Source: Syntrophorhabdaceae bacterium (GTDB lineage Bacteria > Desulfobacterota > Syntrophorhabdia > Syntrophorhabdales > Syntrophorhabdaceae). From it: 64,000 nucleotides of DNA. Below are positions 1-8,994 of the stretch, piece by piece; positions within the stretch are counted from its first letter, which is position 1; every line of letters starts with the position of its first letter. The stretch covers positions 1,440,001 to 1,504,000 of the forward strand of contig OY762209.1 in assembly GCA_963665295.1 (NCBI GenBank). Reading direction: 5' to 3'. The translations under genes and the position numbers were made by a program. The notes below the pieces were generated by a model. That model was not told the DNA's origin, did not search any database, and worked only from the letters and a program-made list of their open reading frames with translations.

Positions 1-897
1 GGCGCATTTTCCGCAGCCCGTGCAGGTTTCACCAATGACCTCCGCAATGAAGTTCGAGGTTACGAGACAGCCGGAATAGCCGTACCTGTTCACCGCAAGG
101 AGGACGTTGCAGCAGCACTTGCAGCAATGACACACGAATTTCACGTTCTTCCGCACGTTATCCGCGGTCAATACCAACCCCATGCCCTTCGACCGCGCAA
201 AGTTGTCCTCCATTTCAGAACGGGAAACTTCCCGCGCCAGATTATGCCTGATCAGCATATCCGCTGCATAGCCGAACTGGGAACACGTCTCCAGGGGGAC
301 ATGGCACTGCTTCTCCCCCAGGTGCGCCTTTTCGTGACGGCAACTGCACAGGCCGATGGCGAACCTGTCCGACCCGGCGATAAGAGACGACGCCTTCTCG
401 TAATCCATTATCTCCACGTATTCGGCGGGCCTTACAGTCCCTTCGTGGGGAAGGGCCCGCATGATGGGGAACCGCATCTCTTCTCCCCAGTTGGCCGCCC
501 GGAACGAATCGTCCATGTATTCATGAAGGAGCTTTGCCCATTCCCGGGTGTTCAGGTCCGGTCCCATCCTCATCATGGTAAACTCAAAGATGCCGACTAC
601 CATGGGGGAAGGCGCGTAGTGGTATGTCTCCTGCAACCACAGGTCGAGGACCAGCCCTTTGGCGGTCAAGCCATCGAGGATGGGGCGGAGCGCCTTCGAC
701 TCGTAACCCGTCACCTTCGCGAGCCGCTCCAGGGTGGAGAGTCCGTAGGGCATCTTGACGACCACCTCCGCCTCCTCGGCGGAATAAAGCTCCTTGAGAA
801 GGGCGTGGAGCTTCCCGTTCCAGGGCGTCCTGCTCCCCAGTCCGTCGATCTTCCTCCCGAGCCTTCTGAAGATGTCTTTTCCCACGAGATGACCCAA
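1..897 (-). CDS. Cys-rich 4Fe-4S ferredoxin-domain protein (3' end outside window)
   Basis: Hand translation from TTG at 897 (GGAGG RBS): MGHLVGKDIFRRLG...IGLCSCRHE...FVCHCCKCCCNVL...TCTGCGKCA; not in the ORF track because it runs off the window. Confidence 0.85.
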   Translation of the reverse strand, partial: MGHLVGKDIFRRLGRKIDGLGSRTPWNGKLHALLKELYSAEEAEVVVKMPYGLSTLERLAKVTGYESKALRPILDGLTAKGLVLDLWLQETYHYAPSPMVVGIFEFTMMRMGPDLNTREWAKLLHEYMDDSFRAANWGEEMRFPIMRALPHEGTVRPAEYVEIMDYEKASSLIAGSDRFAIGLCSCRHEKAHLGEKQCHVPLETCSQFGYAADMLIRHNLAREVSRSEMEDNFARSKGMGLVLTADNVRKNVKFVCHCCKCCCNVLLAVNRYGYSGCLVTSNFIAEVIGETCTGCGKCA

Positions 898-1136
898 GGT
901 GAACCTCCCTTTCCGCTTAGCTTGTACACACCGAAAGAAAATGTCAATAAGTTTTGACGGCAGCCCTGCAATGTCCGGAGATGGCTGTTCGCACACGAAA
1001 CCCGGCGCGCCCGTGACGGACGGCATTCTGTATACAAGGACAAAGGGCACGCCGGGCTCTTCTTTTTCATTGCCTTGTCTTCCTAAAAGTGAGAGAATGG
1101 AACCACTTTCTTATTTAATATCGGGAGGAGTGTTAC

Positions 1137-3137
1137 GTGGACGCGCAGGGAATAGACGCTGATTTTTGTTTTTCCATGCTGGAAAAGGCCCCCTATGGAG
1201 TGATGGCGATTGACCGCGAGGGAAACTTCGCATATCTGAACCGGGAATTTACGAACATCACCGGTTATGCCCTTACCGACGTCCCCACGGGAAAGGACTG
1301 GTTCAACGCGGCCTATCCCGACCCCGAATACCGCGCAAAGGTGATCGAGTGCTGGAAAGGCGATGTGGACGAGGTAGGCGTGGACCGGGAATTCCGCATA
1401 GTTTGCAAAGACGGGAGCACGAAATATATCGATTTCCGGTCCTTTCTCCTGGAAGGCGAGAGGGCGGTGGCCATCCTGTCCGACATCACGGAGAAGAAGG
1501 CGGCGGAAGAGGCGCTCAAGGAGAGCGAGAAGAAGTTCCGGGCCTTTTTCGAGGATTCGCGGGATGCGATCTTCATGACCAATCTGGAAGGGAGGTTTCT
1601 CGATGTAAACAAGGCGTACCTAGACCTCTTCGGCTACACGAGGGAGGAGCTGGCGGACATCACCTCGGGGAACACCTATTTCAACCCCTCGGAGCGCAAC
1701 AGATTCCGGGCCAAGATCGAAGAGGCGGGCTCCCTCACCGATTTCGAGGTCATGTTGCGGAAGAAGGACGGCACCGTAATGACGTGCCTCATGACCGTGG
1801 CGGTAACACGCGGACAGAATGGGAGCGTGACGGGGTATCAGGGGAGTATTCGCGACATATCGGCTCAGAGGCGGATGGAAGATGCCATCAGACAATCGGA
1901 AACCATGTACAGGAGCATCTTCGAAACAACGGGTTCGGCTACCATCATCATCGAAGACAATTTCATCATCTCCATGGCGAACAGGGAATTCGAGACCCTG
2001 TCGGGGTTCAGGAAGGAGGAGATAGAGGGGAGAAAGAGCTTCGCCGAATTCGTGGACAGGAAGGATACGGAGAAACTGAATGAATACCGTGAGATCCGGA
2101 GGATGACGGAAGACGCGGCGCCGAGGAGCTACGATCTCCGGTTTGTCGATCGGCTCATGAACGTGAAAAACGTGTACATGACCGTGGCCATGATCCCGGG
2201 TACGAGACGAAGCGTGGGGTCCCTTCTCGATATTACCGAACAGAAACACTATCAGGAAAGTCTTTCAAAGTCCTATAAGACGATGCGGGACATTATCAAA
2301 CACGCCCCCATAGGCATTTTTATCGCAAACAAGTGGGGCGAGGTCGAATTTGTAAACCCCGAGATGCTCCAGATATCGGGGGATACGAGGGAGCAGTTCC
2401 TTAGCCTCAGCCTCTTCAGGCTCCTCGCGTACCAGAGGATAGGGCTCGTGGAGATGATGAAGCGGGGCCTGGAGGGAGAATTCTTCCGCCTCGACGGGGT
2501 TGAATACACCTCACACTTCGGAAAGAGAACGACTATCAGGAATTTCATCGGTACGCCCTTCGACGAGGGGGGAGAGAGGAAGCTGCTCATGTTCGTGGAA
2601 GACATTACGAAGCAGAAATTCAACGAGTTGCAGTTGGCTCACCTGGCCACCCATGACATGCTGACGGGCCTGCCGAACCGGGTGCTCTTCCTCGACCGGC
2701 TCAAGGTCGCCCTTGCAAACGCGCAACGCTTCAGCCAGACCTTCGCGGTGATGCTCTTCGACCTCGACAAATTCAAGGATGTCAATGACGAGCTGGGTCA
2801 CAAGATGGGGGACCAGTTGCTCGCGCTGGTGGGGGAGCGCGTTATCGGCGTTCTCCGTCAGTCCGATTCCCTGGCCCGCATGGGCGGCGACGAGTTCCTC
2901 GTGCTCCTTACGAACATGGTCCATCCGGGTGACGCGGACATCGTAGCGAGAAAGATACTCGATGTGCTCCGGGAGCCTTTCAGTATCGAAAACCATCTGC
3001 TCCACATTACCACGAGCATCGGCGTCGCCATTTATCCCGAAGACGGCGTGGACGGGGATACCCTCATCAAACGCGCCGACATCGCCATGTACGACGCCAA
3101 GCAGAGCGGGAGAAACGCCTACAGGCGATTCAGGTAA
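1137..3137 (+). CDS. Multi-PAS diguanylate cyclase
   Basis: About four PAS/PAC repeats, then HDMLTGLPNR, DLDKFK and RMGGDEF; GTG start after GGAG. Confidence 0.95.
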   Translation: MDAQGIDADFCFSMLEKAPYGVMAIDREGNFAYLNREFTNITGYALTDVPTGKDWFNAAYPDPEYRAKVIECWKGDVDEVGVDREFRIVCKDGSTKYIDFRSFLLEGERAVAILSDITEKKAAEEALKESEKKFRAFFEDSRDAIFMTNLEGRFLDVNKAYLDLFGYTREELADITSGNTYFNPSERNRFRAKIEEAGSLTDFEVMLRKKDGTVMTCLMTVAVTRGQNGSVTGYQGSIRDISAQRRMEDAIRQSETMYRSIFETTGSATIIIEDNFIISMANREFETLSGFRKEEIEGRKSFAEFVDRKDTEKLNEYREIRRMTEDAAPRSYDLRFVDRLMNVKNVYMTVAMIPGTRRSVGSLLDITEQKHYQESLSKSYKTMRDIIKHAPIGIFIANKWGEVEFVNPEMLQISGDTREQFLSLSLFRLLAYQRIGLVEMMKRGLEGEFFRLDGVEYTSHFGKRTTIRNFIGTPFDEGGERKLLMFVEDITKQKFNELQLAHLATHDMLTGLPNRVLFLDRLKVALANAQRFSQTFAVMLFDLDKFKDVNDELGHKMGDQLLALVGERVIGVLRQSDSLARMGGDEFLVLLTNMVHPGDADIVARKILDVLREPFSIENHLLHITTSIGVAIYPEDGVDGDTLIKRADIAMYDAKQSGRNAYRRFR

Positions 3138-3161
3138 CCCCCTTCGCCCTCGCGGGCAGGG

Positions 3162-4133
3162 CTATGGCTTCCCGTAAAGGTGCGCGAGCTGTTTCCGCGA
3201 GGCCGCCACGTGGGCTTTCGCCGCCTCCTGGAACTTGTACCAGTTTGATTCGAAGAAACCTTCTTTTGCCCAGTATTTGTCGAAGATATCCAGCTCCAGG
3301 TCCCTTTTTTCCAGGGCGTCATGGCGCCATTTTTTCTCGTCGTACTCCGGGATATGGCGGACGATCTTTTCGTACGCGGCGATCCGCTCCTTCTGATCGG
3401 AGTCGGGAAGGGGGCCGGGAAGGCCGCCCGCGTTCATTGCATAGCCCAGTTGTCCCTTCAGTTCTTCCCATTCGGCGGCGATGGACTGCTCTCCCTTCTC
3501 CGGCCGCCTGTGTTTCGAGAAGGCCATGAATATCCGTTCCGCCGCCCGGAGGAACCGGTCGTTGTTGTCAACCCTTTCGTTTGTCTCGACAAGGCGGTTG
3601 TCCGTCCACCGATGATCGACCTTATCCGGGTTGGTATGGGCGTCCGCGTGGCCGATGTTGGGGGTGAATTTACCCATCAGGTCGGGGGTGGCATTGAAGT
3701 CGTGCTCGAGGCCGAGAAAATTCTGGTGCGCCCACGTGTCGGCATAGACGTGAGCGGCAATACCGATGCGGAAGAGGTTGCCGCTCTCAAGGGCATCACG
3801 GAATACGATCTTCACATTCCCGCTGTCGGGGGTCGTGTTGAAGGGGTGTGTTCTGCCGTCTGTTCTCTCTGCCGTAGGGCTCGCGGGATCACCGGGAAAG
3901 AAATGAAAGTACGGGTATATCCTCTGCTGCTTCCACGACGGTTTTGTGATGTCCATGGTCTGGGACACCTTCGAAAGGTACCCTTCATCGCTGTCCTTGA
4001 AATTGACGTAATACTGGCAGGAATTGTCGTCCGTGTGCTGGCACGCGTAGGCGATGACGGCGGACTCGTCCTTGGCGAAGCCGGCCTTCTCCGCGAGGAC
4101 GTAAGTGATGTAGTAGTGAAATTCGATATCCAT
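3162..4133 (-). CDS. DUF6765-like protein, probable Zn-dependent phospholipase C/P1-nuclease fold
   Basis: Starts MDIEFHYY (ATG 4133, GGAGG RBS); HVYADTWAH (HxxxDxxxH) and GHAD motifs. Confidence 0.65.
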   Translation of the reverse strand: MDIEFHYYITYVLAEKAGFAKDESAVIAYACQHTDDNSCQYYVNFKDSDEGYLSKVSQTMDITKPSWKQQRIYPYFHFFPGDPASPTAERTDGRTHPFNTTPDSGNVKIVFRDALESGNLFRIGIAAHVYADTWAHQNFLGLEHDFNATPDLMGKFTPNIGHADAHTNPDKVDHRWTDNRLVETNERVDNNDRFLRAAERIFMAFSKHRRPEKGEQSIAAEWEELKGQLGYAMNAGGLPGPLPDSDQKERIAAYEKIVRHIPEYDEKKWRHDALEKRDLELDIFDKYWAKEGFFESNWYKFQEAAKAHVAASRKQLAHLYGKP

Positions 4134-4161
4134 GTTCCCCTCCCTTGTTCGATTCAACTCC

Positions 4162-5070
4162 TCAGGACCGGGCCCGGAAAAACGTCCCGGCAAAGGTCCT
4201 CCTCGATCTGTCCTCCGTCTTTCCGTTCCACCGGATGCTTTTCAGCGCCGCCGGCACGTCCTTTCCCAGGGTAAGCCTCTTTGCGATCCCGCCTGAATTA
4301 TAGGGCAGTAACTCATATCGTGACGCGCCGTTTCTTCTGAGAAATTCCGCGATTCGTCGCAGATTTTCCGTGGTTGCCGTTATGCCCGGAACAAGGGGTA
4401 TCCGCGGAATGACGGGTATCCCGCCGCTGCCTGACAGCTCGACAAAGTTGTCCATGATCCGCCGGTTGCTCCTTCCCGTCCATGTCTCGTGTTTCCGGGG
4501 TTCAAGTATCTTGATGTCATAGTATATGAGGTCCACATGGGGCAACAGCTTTTCCCTGAATTCGCGGAAATCGAAGATCCCTGCGGTCTGGAGGGCCACG
4601 TGTATCCCCTTCTCCTTAAGCTGTTTCGCCACCTCCGCCGCAAAGTCCATGGAGAGGGTCGGTTCTCCGCCCGAAAGGGTCACGCCGCCCCCGGAGGTCT
4701 CGTAGAAGACGCGATCCTTCAGAAGTATCTCCACAAGGCCGGCGGAGGTGTAGGCTATACCCACGACCTTCAGGGCCGTGGCCGGGCAGGCCTCGGCGCA
4801 TGCGCCGCACCCGTCGCAAAGGTCCCTTGCGATCCTCTCGCCGGAGTCCATCCGGATCGCCCCCCGGCTGCAGGCCCTCCCGCATTCTCCGCATCCTATG
4901 CAGAGTCCGGCGCGAAAGGATATTTCCCTGCCGGGGTCCATGGACTCGGGGTTGTGGCACCATGCGCACGAAAGGGGACAGCCCTTAAAGAATACGGTGC
5001 TCCTGATGCCGGGACCGTCGTCGAGAGCGAAATGACGGATACCGCATACCAGTGGAACCTTCTCCCCCAC
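4162..5070 (-). CDS. Glycyl-radical enzyme activating enzyme (radical SAM with ferredoxin insert)
   Basis: DGPGIRSTVFFKGCPLSCAWCHNPE, two CxxCxxCxxxC motifs, SGGEP. Confidence 0.95.
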   Translation of the reverse strand: MGEKVPLVCGIRHFALDDGPGIRSTVFFKGCPLSCAWCHNPESMDPGREISFRAGLCIGCGECGRACSRGAIRMDSGERIARDLCDGCGACAEACPATALKVVGIAYTSAGLVEILLKDRVFYETSGGGVTLSGGEPTLSMDFAAEVAKQLKEKGIHVALQTAGIFDFREFREKLLPHVDLIYYDIKILEPRKHETWTGRSNRRIMDNFVELSGSGGIPVIPRIPLVPGITATTENLRRIAEFLRRNGASRYELLPYNSGGIAKRLTLGKDVPAALKSIRWNGKTEDRSRRTFAGTFFRARS

Positions 5071-5072
5071 AA

Positions 5073-5537
5073 TCAGACTTTTCCCGCAGCCATGAGCTGG
5101 AGGCGTTTCGCCATATATGCGAACTTATAGAGATAGTTCAGGTTCCCCACCAGGGTCACGTCCTGCCTGAGCATGGCGCCCAGGATGTCGGGCTTCGGCG
5201 AGAGGATGAAATTCATGAGAGCCTTTCCGTTCCTGAAGGTCACGGCTATGTCCGGCCGGTCTATCTTACCCTCCTCGACTGTCATGACGCCATTGTCGAA
5301 TATGGCCGAAACAGTAATCGAATCATCGCTGCTCCTGAAGAGGTACCGTCCGCTGAAACCCTCGATGTTCCGCCTGAAGCCGTTCGGGTTGAGGATGAAT
5401 ACGAGCTTCATCAACTTGAGGAGGATCTCCAGGAATTGCTCGGACGACTCGGATTCGATGGACCCGAGAAGCCGCTCCATGGCGCTCTTGATTCCCGGGT
5501 TGTGAACCAATAGGGAATCGACCATTTTATTGCCCAT
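5073..5537 (-). CDS. SCP2 (sterol-carrier-like) domain protein
   Basis: C-terminal pattern F..G.MTVEEG.IDRPDIAV...DILGAML.QDV.LVGNL..L.KF resembles the SCP2 fold; lies between GRE and activase. Confidence 0.7.
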   Translation of the reverse strand: MGNKMVDSLLVHNPGIKSAMERLLGSIESESSEQFLEILLKLMKLVFILNPNGFRRNIEGFSGRYLFRSSDDSITVSAIFDNGVMTVEEGKIDRPDIAVTFRNGKALMNFILSPKPDILGAMLRQDVTLVGNLNYLYKFAYMAKRLQLMAAGKV

Positions 5538-5585
5538 GTGTACCTCCTTGGCGGACCGTCATTTTGCGGCCTCCCGAATCCCCGC

Positions 5586-8048
5586 TCATTTCCCGGGCTC
5601 CGTGTAAGGGACCGCTTTTCCTTCCCTGAGGTCGTATTCGGTGCGGGTAATAATCTCCTCTTTCATGGCGTCGTTGAGGTCTTTGAAATAGGCCGAGTAC
5701 CCTGAGACCCTCACGAGAAGGTCCGGGTACTTCTCAGGGTTGTTTTTCGCGTCGAGAAGCAGGTCGTAGGACATGATGTTGAACTGGATGTGCATGCCCC
5801 CGCTTCTGAAGTAGGCCTCTATGGCCTGGGCGAATTTCACCATGTCCTCGTCGTCCTTCACTGAGGAGAATTTCAGATTGAGCGCTTCCCCCATAGGGAT
5901 GCACAGGCTGTCAAGCTCCCCCACCGCTCTCAGGCACTGGGCGAGGTCGGACGCGGCCTGGGACACGGGCGTAATGCCGCCGGCGAAGACCTTGTTCGCC
6001 TTCCTCCCGTTGGGAAGGGCGCCGGAAAGCTTCCCCTGCCCCGCGTGGTTCGTCATGCTCCAGTACGCGGGCTTGTATTTCCCTCCCCGGTAGTTCGTAT
6101 GGGACTGATAGAGCTTATAGAGAAACCGGACAAGGTTCCGGGCGTTTTTTCTCGCAATGGGATCATCCGTGCCGTACTTGGGCGTCTTGCGCGTAAGGTA
6201 TGCGTGGAGCTTCTCGTATCCTTGAAAATCCGCGCGGAGGGCCTGGAGCAGTTCCGCGAAGGAACACTTCTTGTCCACGAAGACCGCCTTTTCTATGGCG
6301 TTCAGGGAATCCACCGTGTCGGCGAACCCGATGTGGGTCGCCCCCGACGAATTATAGAGGGCCCCGCCGAAGATGAGATCCTCTCCCTTATCCATGGGAC
6401 CTTCGAAAAATGAGGAGAGGAGAGGGGTCGGGAGCAGTTCCTGGTGGGCGCGGCCGAAGTATTCGTTCAGTTCTATCGCGTTTCCGATGAGCCAGCGGAG
6501 CTGGGCCTTCAGGGCCTCCCAGAACTCCTCGAAGCTCCGGAACGCGGAGGGGTCCCCGGTCTCTATGGTCATGAGGTCATCCCCCGTTATGGGCCTGCGG
6601 CCGTTATAGAGGGTAACCTCAAGGGCCGAAACGAGATTGAACATGATCGAGCTCGACGCGTCGTAGCTTCTGCCGGGAACCCCCGGTTCGACACACCCGA
6701 TGATGGCGTAATCGCGGGCATGCTCCGTTTTTACGCCCTGGTTCTCAAGGGTCCTGATATCGGCGACGTCATTGTGGAAAGCGGGGACGGCCTTTGTGGC
6801 CACCACTACCTCGGCCACCCTGTTTCTGTACTCTGCGCTGTTCTTTTCATAGTTGTACCGGGCGTTGAGGCTCGGGTCTCTCATCCTCAGGAGTTCGGTC
6901 ACCTTGAGCATAAGGTACGTGAGATCATTGACGCAATCCTCGCCGTCACCATCGACGCCCCCCACCGTGACGGCGGGGACCGTCCCGGCGCCCCCGAAGA
7001 GCTCCTCGGCGGTCTCGGGCACGAGGTTCGTGTTGTCGTTGAGCTTGAGCCACAGGCAGGAGAGTATCTCCATCGCCTCCCGCACGGTAAGGGCCCCCCG
7101 GTCCGTATCGGCCCGGTAGTATGGATAGAGTATCTGGTCAAGCCTCCCGGGGCTCATGGCCATGTTGATGTTCTCCCCATGGATTGCGACCTGAACGATC
7201 CAGAGGCTGTTCACCGCCTCCCGGAAGGTGCTCGCAGGCTTGGCAGGGACCTTTTTCAATATTTCCGACATGGTCCGGAAGTTTTCCTTTCGAAAGGGGT
7301 CCGTGGCCGACCCGGCCAGCTCGGCCGCCTTGTCGCTCAGGTTATGCGCGTAGGCAATAATGCCTTGCATGGCGATCTGGACGGCCTGGTAAAAATCGGC
7401 CTTCCGCCGCCGCTCATCCGACAGGCTGCCTTCCGCCCGGATCGCGGCCTCCCTGGAAGCTGCATCGACGATAACGTATTCCAGACCCTTGCCGAGGGCT
7501 ACCGTGTAATCGGGTATGGTATGGGAAATGGCGCCCGCCTTGCTTGCGATGAAAAAGACCAGTTTCTCCAGGAGGTTCATGCACCGCGGGTTGTAGTGCT
7601 TCTTCCTCGTGTATTCCAGAATGTTCCGGTCCATCCAGTAGGGGAAGATATCGAAATTGAGCTCCTCCCCGTCGGCGGCCGAAAGGACGAGAGGGTTCTT
7701 CTCCCTCGTACTGATGGTGTCCAGTTCCGGCCATATAGTCATACCCGTCAGTTCGGGGTAGACCGGGGCCCCGAAGGGTTTTGAGGTCGTGGTCCCCGCG
7801 AGAAGGTTGTCGTCGAAAAAGAGAGGTTCCTTGTGGGCGAGGAAGAAATTGACCGCCCTCGCGTAACGGACCTCCATGGGTTCGCCGTCGGCGGACATAT
7901 CTTTCAGGTAGCGCGTAACATACCGCGCCCTTTCGATGCACACCTCAGGCCTCAGGGCCATCTGATTGTTTCTGAGTTTTTCCACAAGACCGAGGGCGGG
8001 CAGGGTATATTCCTGAAGCCGGATATCTTTGAGACCTATGGTTGCCAT
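5586..8048 (-). CDS. Glycyl-radical enzyme (PFL2/eliminase-like, substrate unknown)
   Basis: 820 aa; thiyl loop IGCVEP; glycyl loop LVRVSGYSAYF; adjacent activase. Confidence 0.95.
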   Translation of the reverse strand: MATIGLKDIRLQEYTLPALGLVEKLRNNQMALRPEVCIERARYVTRYLKDMSADGEPMEVRYARAVNFFLAHKEPLFFDDNLLAGTTTSKPFGAPVYPELTGMTIWPELDTISTREKNPLVLSAADGEELNFDIFPYWMDRNILEYTRKKHYNPRCMNLLEKLVFFIASKAGAISHTIPDYTVALGKGLEYVIVDAASREAAIRAEGSLSDERRRKADFYQAVQIAMQGIIAYAHNLSDKAAELAGSATDPFRKENFRTMSEILKKVPAKPASTFREAVNSLWIVQVAIHGENINMAMSPGRLDQILYPYYRADTDRGALTVREAMEILSCLWLKLNDNTNLVPETAEELFGGAGTVPAVTVGGVDGDGEDCVNDLTYLMLKVTELLRMRDPSLNARYNYEKNSAEYRNRVAEVVVATKAVPAFHNDVADIRTLENQGVKTEHARDYAIIGCVEPGVPGRSYDASSSIMFNLVSALEVTLYNGRRPITGDDLMTIETGDPSAFRSFEEFWEALKAQLRWLIGNAIELNEYFGRAHQELLPTPLLSSFFEGPMDKGEDLIFGGALYNSSGATHIGFADTVDSLNAIEKAVFVDKKCSFAELLQALRADFQGYEKLHAYLTRKTPKYGTDDPIARKNARNLVRFLYKLYQSHTNYRGGKYKPAYWSMTNHAGQGKLSGALPNGRKANKVFAGGITPVSQAASDLAQCLRAVGELDSLCIPMGEALNLKFSSVKDDEDMVKFAQAIEAYFRSGGMHIQFNIMSYDLLLDAKNNPEKYPDLLVRVSGYSAYFKDLNDAMKEEIITRTEYDLREGKAVPYTEPGK

Positions 8049-8275
8049 CTATGCCTCCGTTCTAAGTCATCCGGGGTAGTGCTGAAGGATAAGAGTATCC
8101 CCGGAAATGTGGTTCGACGCGGTTTTATCAGAGTCGGATCAAACTGCCGACAGGAAAGCCCCTCATTGTCGTGGTCACCGCTTCTCCATTTTCCTGCAAT
8201 CGCGACGGTCTGTCAAGTGATATTGGACACCCTCCCCATGACACGACCCGGGTGGACCGGGGGCGCCCGCGCCCT

Positions 8276-8749
8276 TTATCCGCCTGTGTCCCGCCTCCAA
8301 TGCCGCCGGGCCCGGAGCGCCTTCAGGATCAGCGCCGTGCCTATTCCCCACGCACCGTTGATCACGAAAGCCGTGACGAGCAACCGGGCGTGCCAACCGC
8401 CGCCCATGGGCAGACCCTTCGCGGGGAACACGACCACGAGGGCCACCGCGGAAGGCAGGACCGCCCCGAAGAGGAACGCCGCGACCCAGTAGCCTGCTCC
8501 CCGGGGAAAGCGGGTCATGAGCGATACATAGGCCATGCCCCACACGCCTCCCCAGAAGGCGAGGGAGAATACTGCAGGCACTCCGAAGGGATGAGTGGCC
8601 GTGAGCGGGAAAGGCCTGAAAGGCGCGAAACCCGCGCCCCAAAGGGCAGCCAGCGCCAGTTGGTGGAAGATCAGGGTGGCGAAGAACCCCGCGATAAAAC
8701 CCCGGGTTAACTCCGCGCCGCGGCCCGTGTGTTCCGTGTCTTCGGTCAT
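8276..8749 (-). CDS. Small integral membrane protein (about 4 TM helices)
   Basis: Four hydrophobic segments; GGAGG RBS before ATG. Confidence 0.75.
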   Translation of the reverse strand: MTEDTEHTGRGAELTRGFIAGFFATLIFHQLALAALWGAGFAPFRPFPLTATHPFGVPAVFSLAFWGGVWGMAYVSLMTRFPRGAGYWVAAFLFGAVLPSAVALVVVFPAKGLPMGGGWHARLLVTAFVINGAWGIGTALILKALRARRHWRRDTGG

Positions 8750-8994
8750 ATGTCCTCCCGTGGGAACATGGTGTAAAAGCCTCTATGATGAAGCGTAATG
8801 GCGGAGGCGGGCTATTGCAAGGGTCAGGGCGGGGGCGGTGGCCCGGACAAAGGCCTCCCGGGACAGGGCGAACATTTTGTATTGAATTAGGGACTTCATT
8901 GTGAGAATACTATTAAAACGAATTCCCGCCGGAAATGCGGGGAAGGTGACGCAAAAGTGAGTAACGACTTTGCGGGGCAAGGGAGGGCCAGAGC

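Noticed and set aside
127..957. 276-aa plus-strand ORF
   Set aside because: Antisense shadow of the minus-strand Fe-S protein gene (1-897), which has an RBS and recognisable motifs
6444..7784. 446-aa plus-strand ORF
   Set aside because: Antisense to the GRE; typical of GC-rich codon bias; no motifs
5586..8048. Calling the GRE pflB or cutC
   Set aside because: No CC pair as in PFL; residues after GCVEP differ from CutC and no microcompartment genes are present in the window
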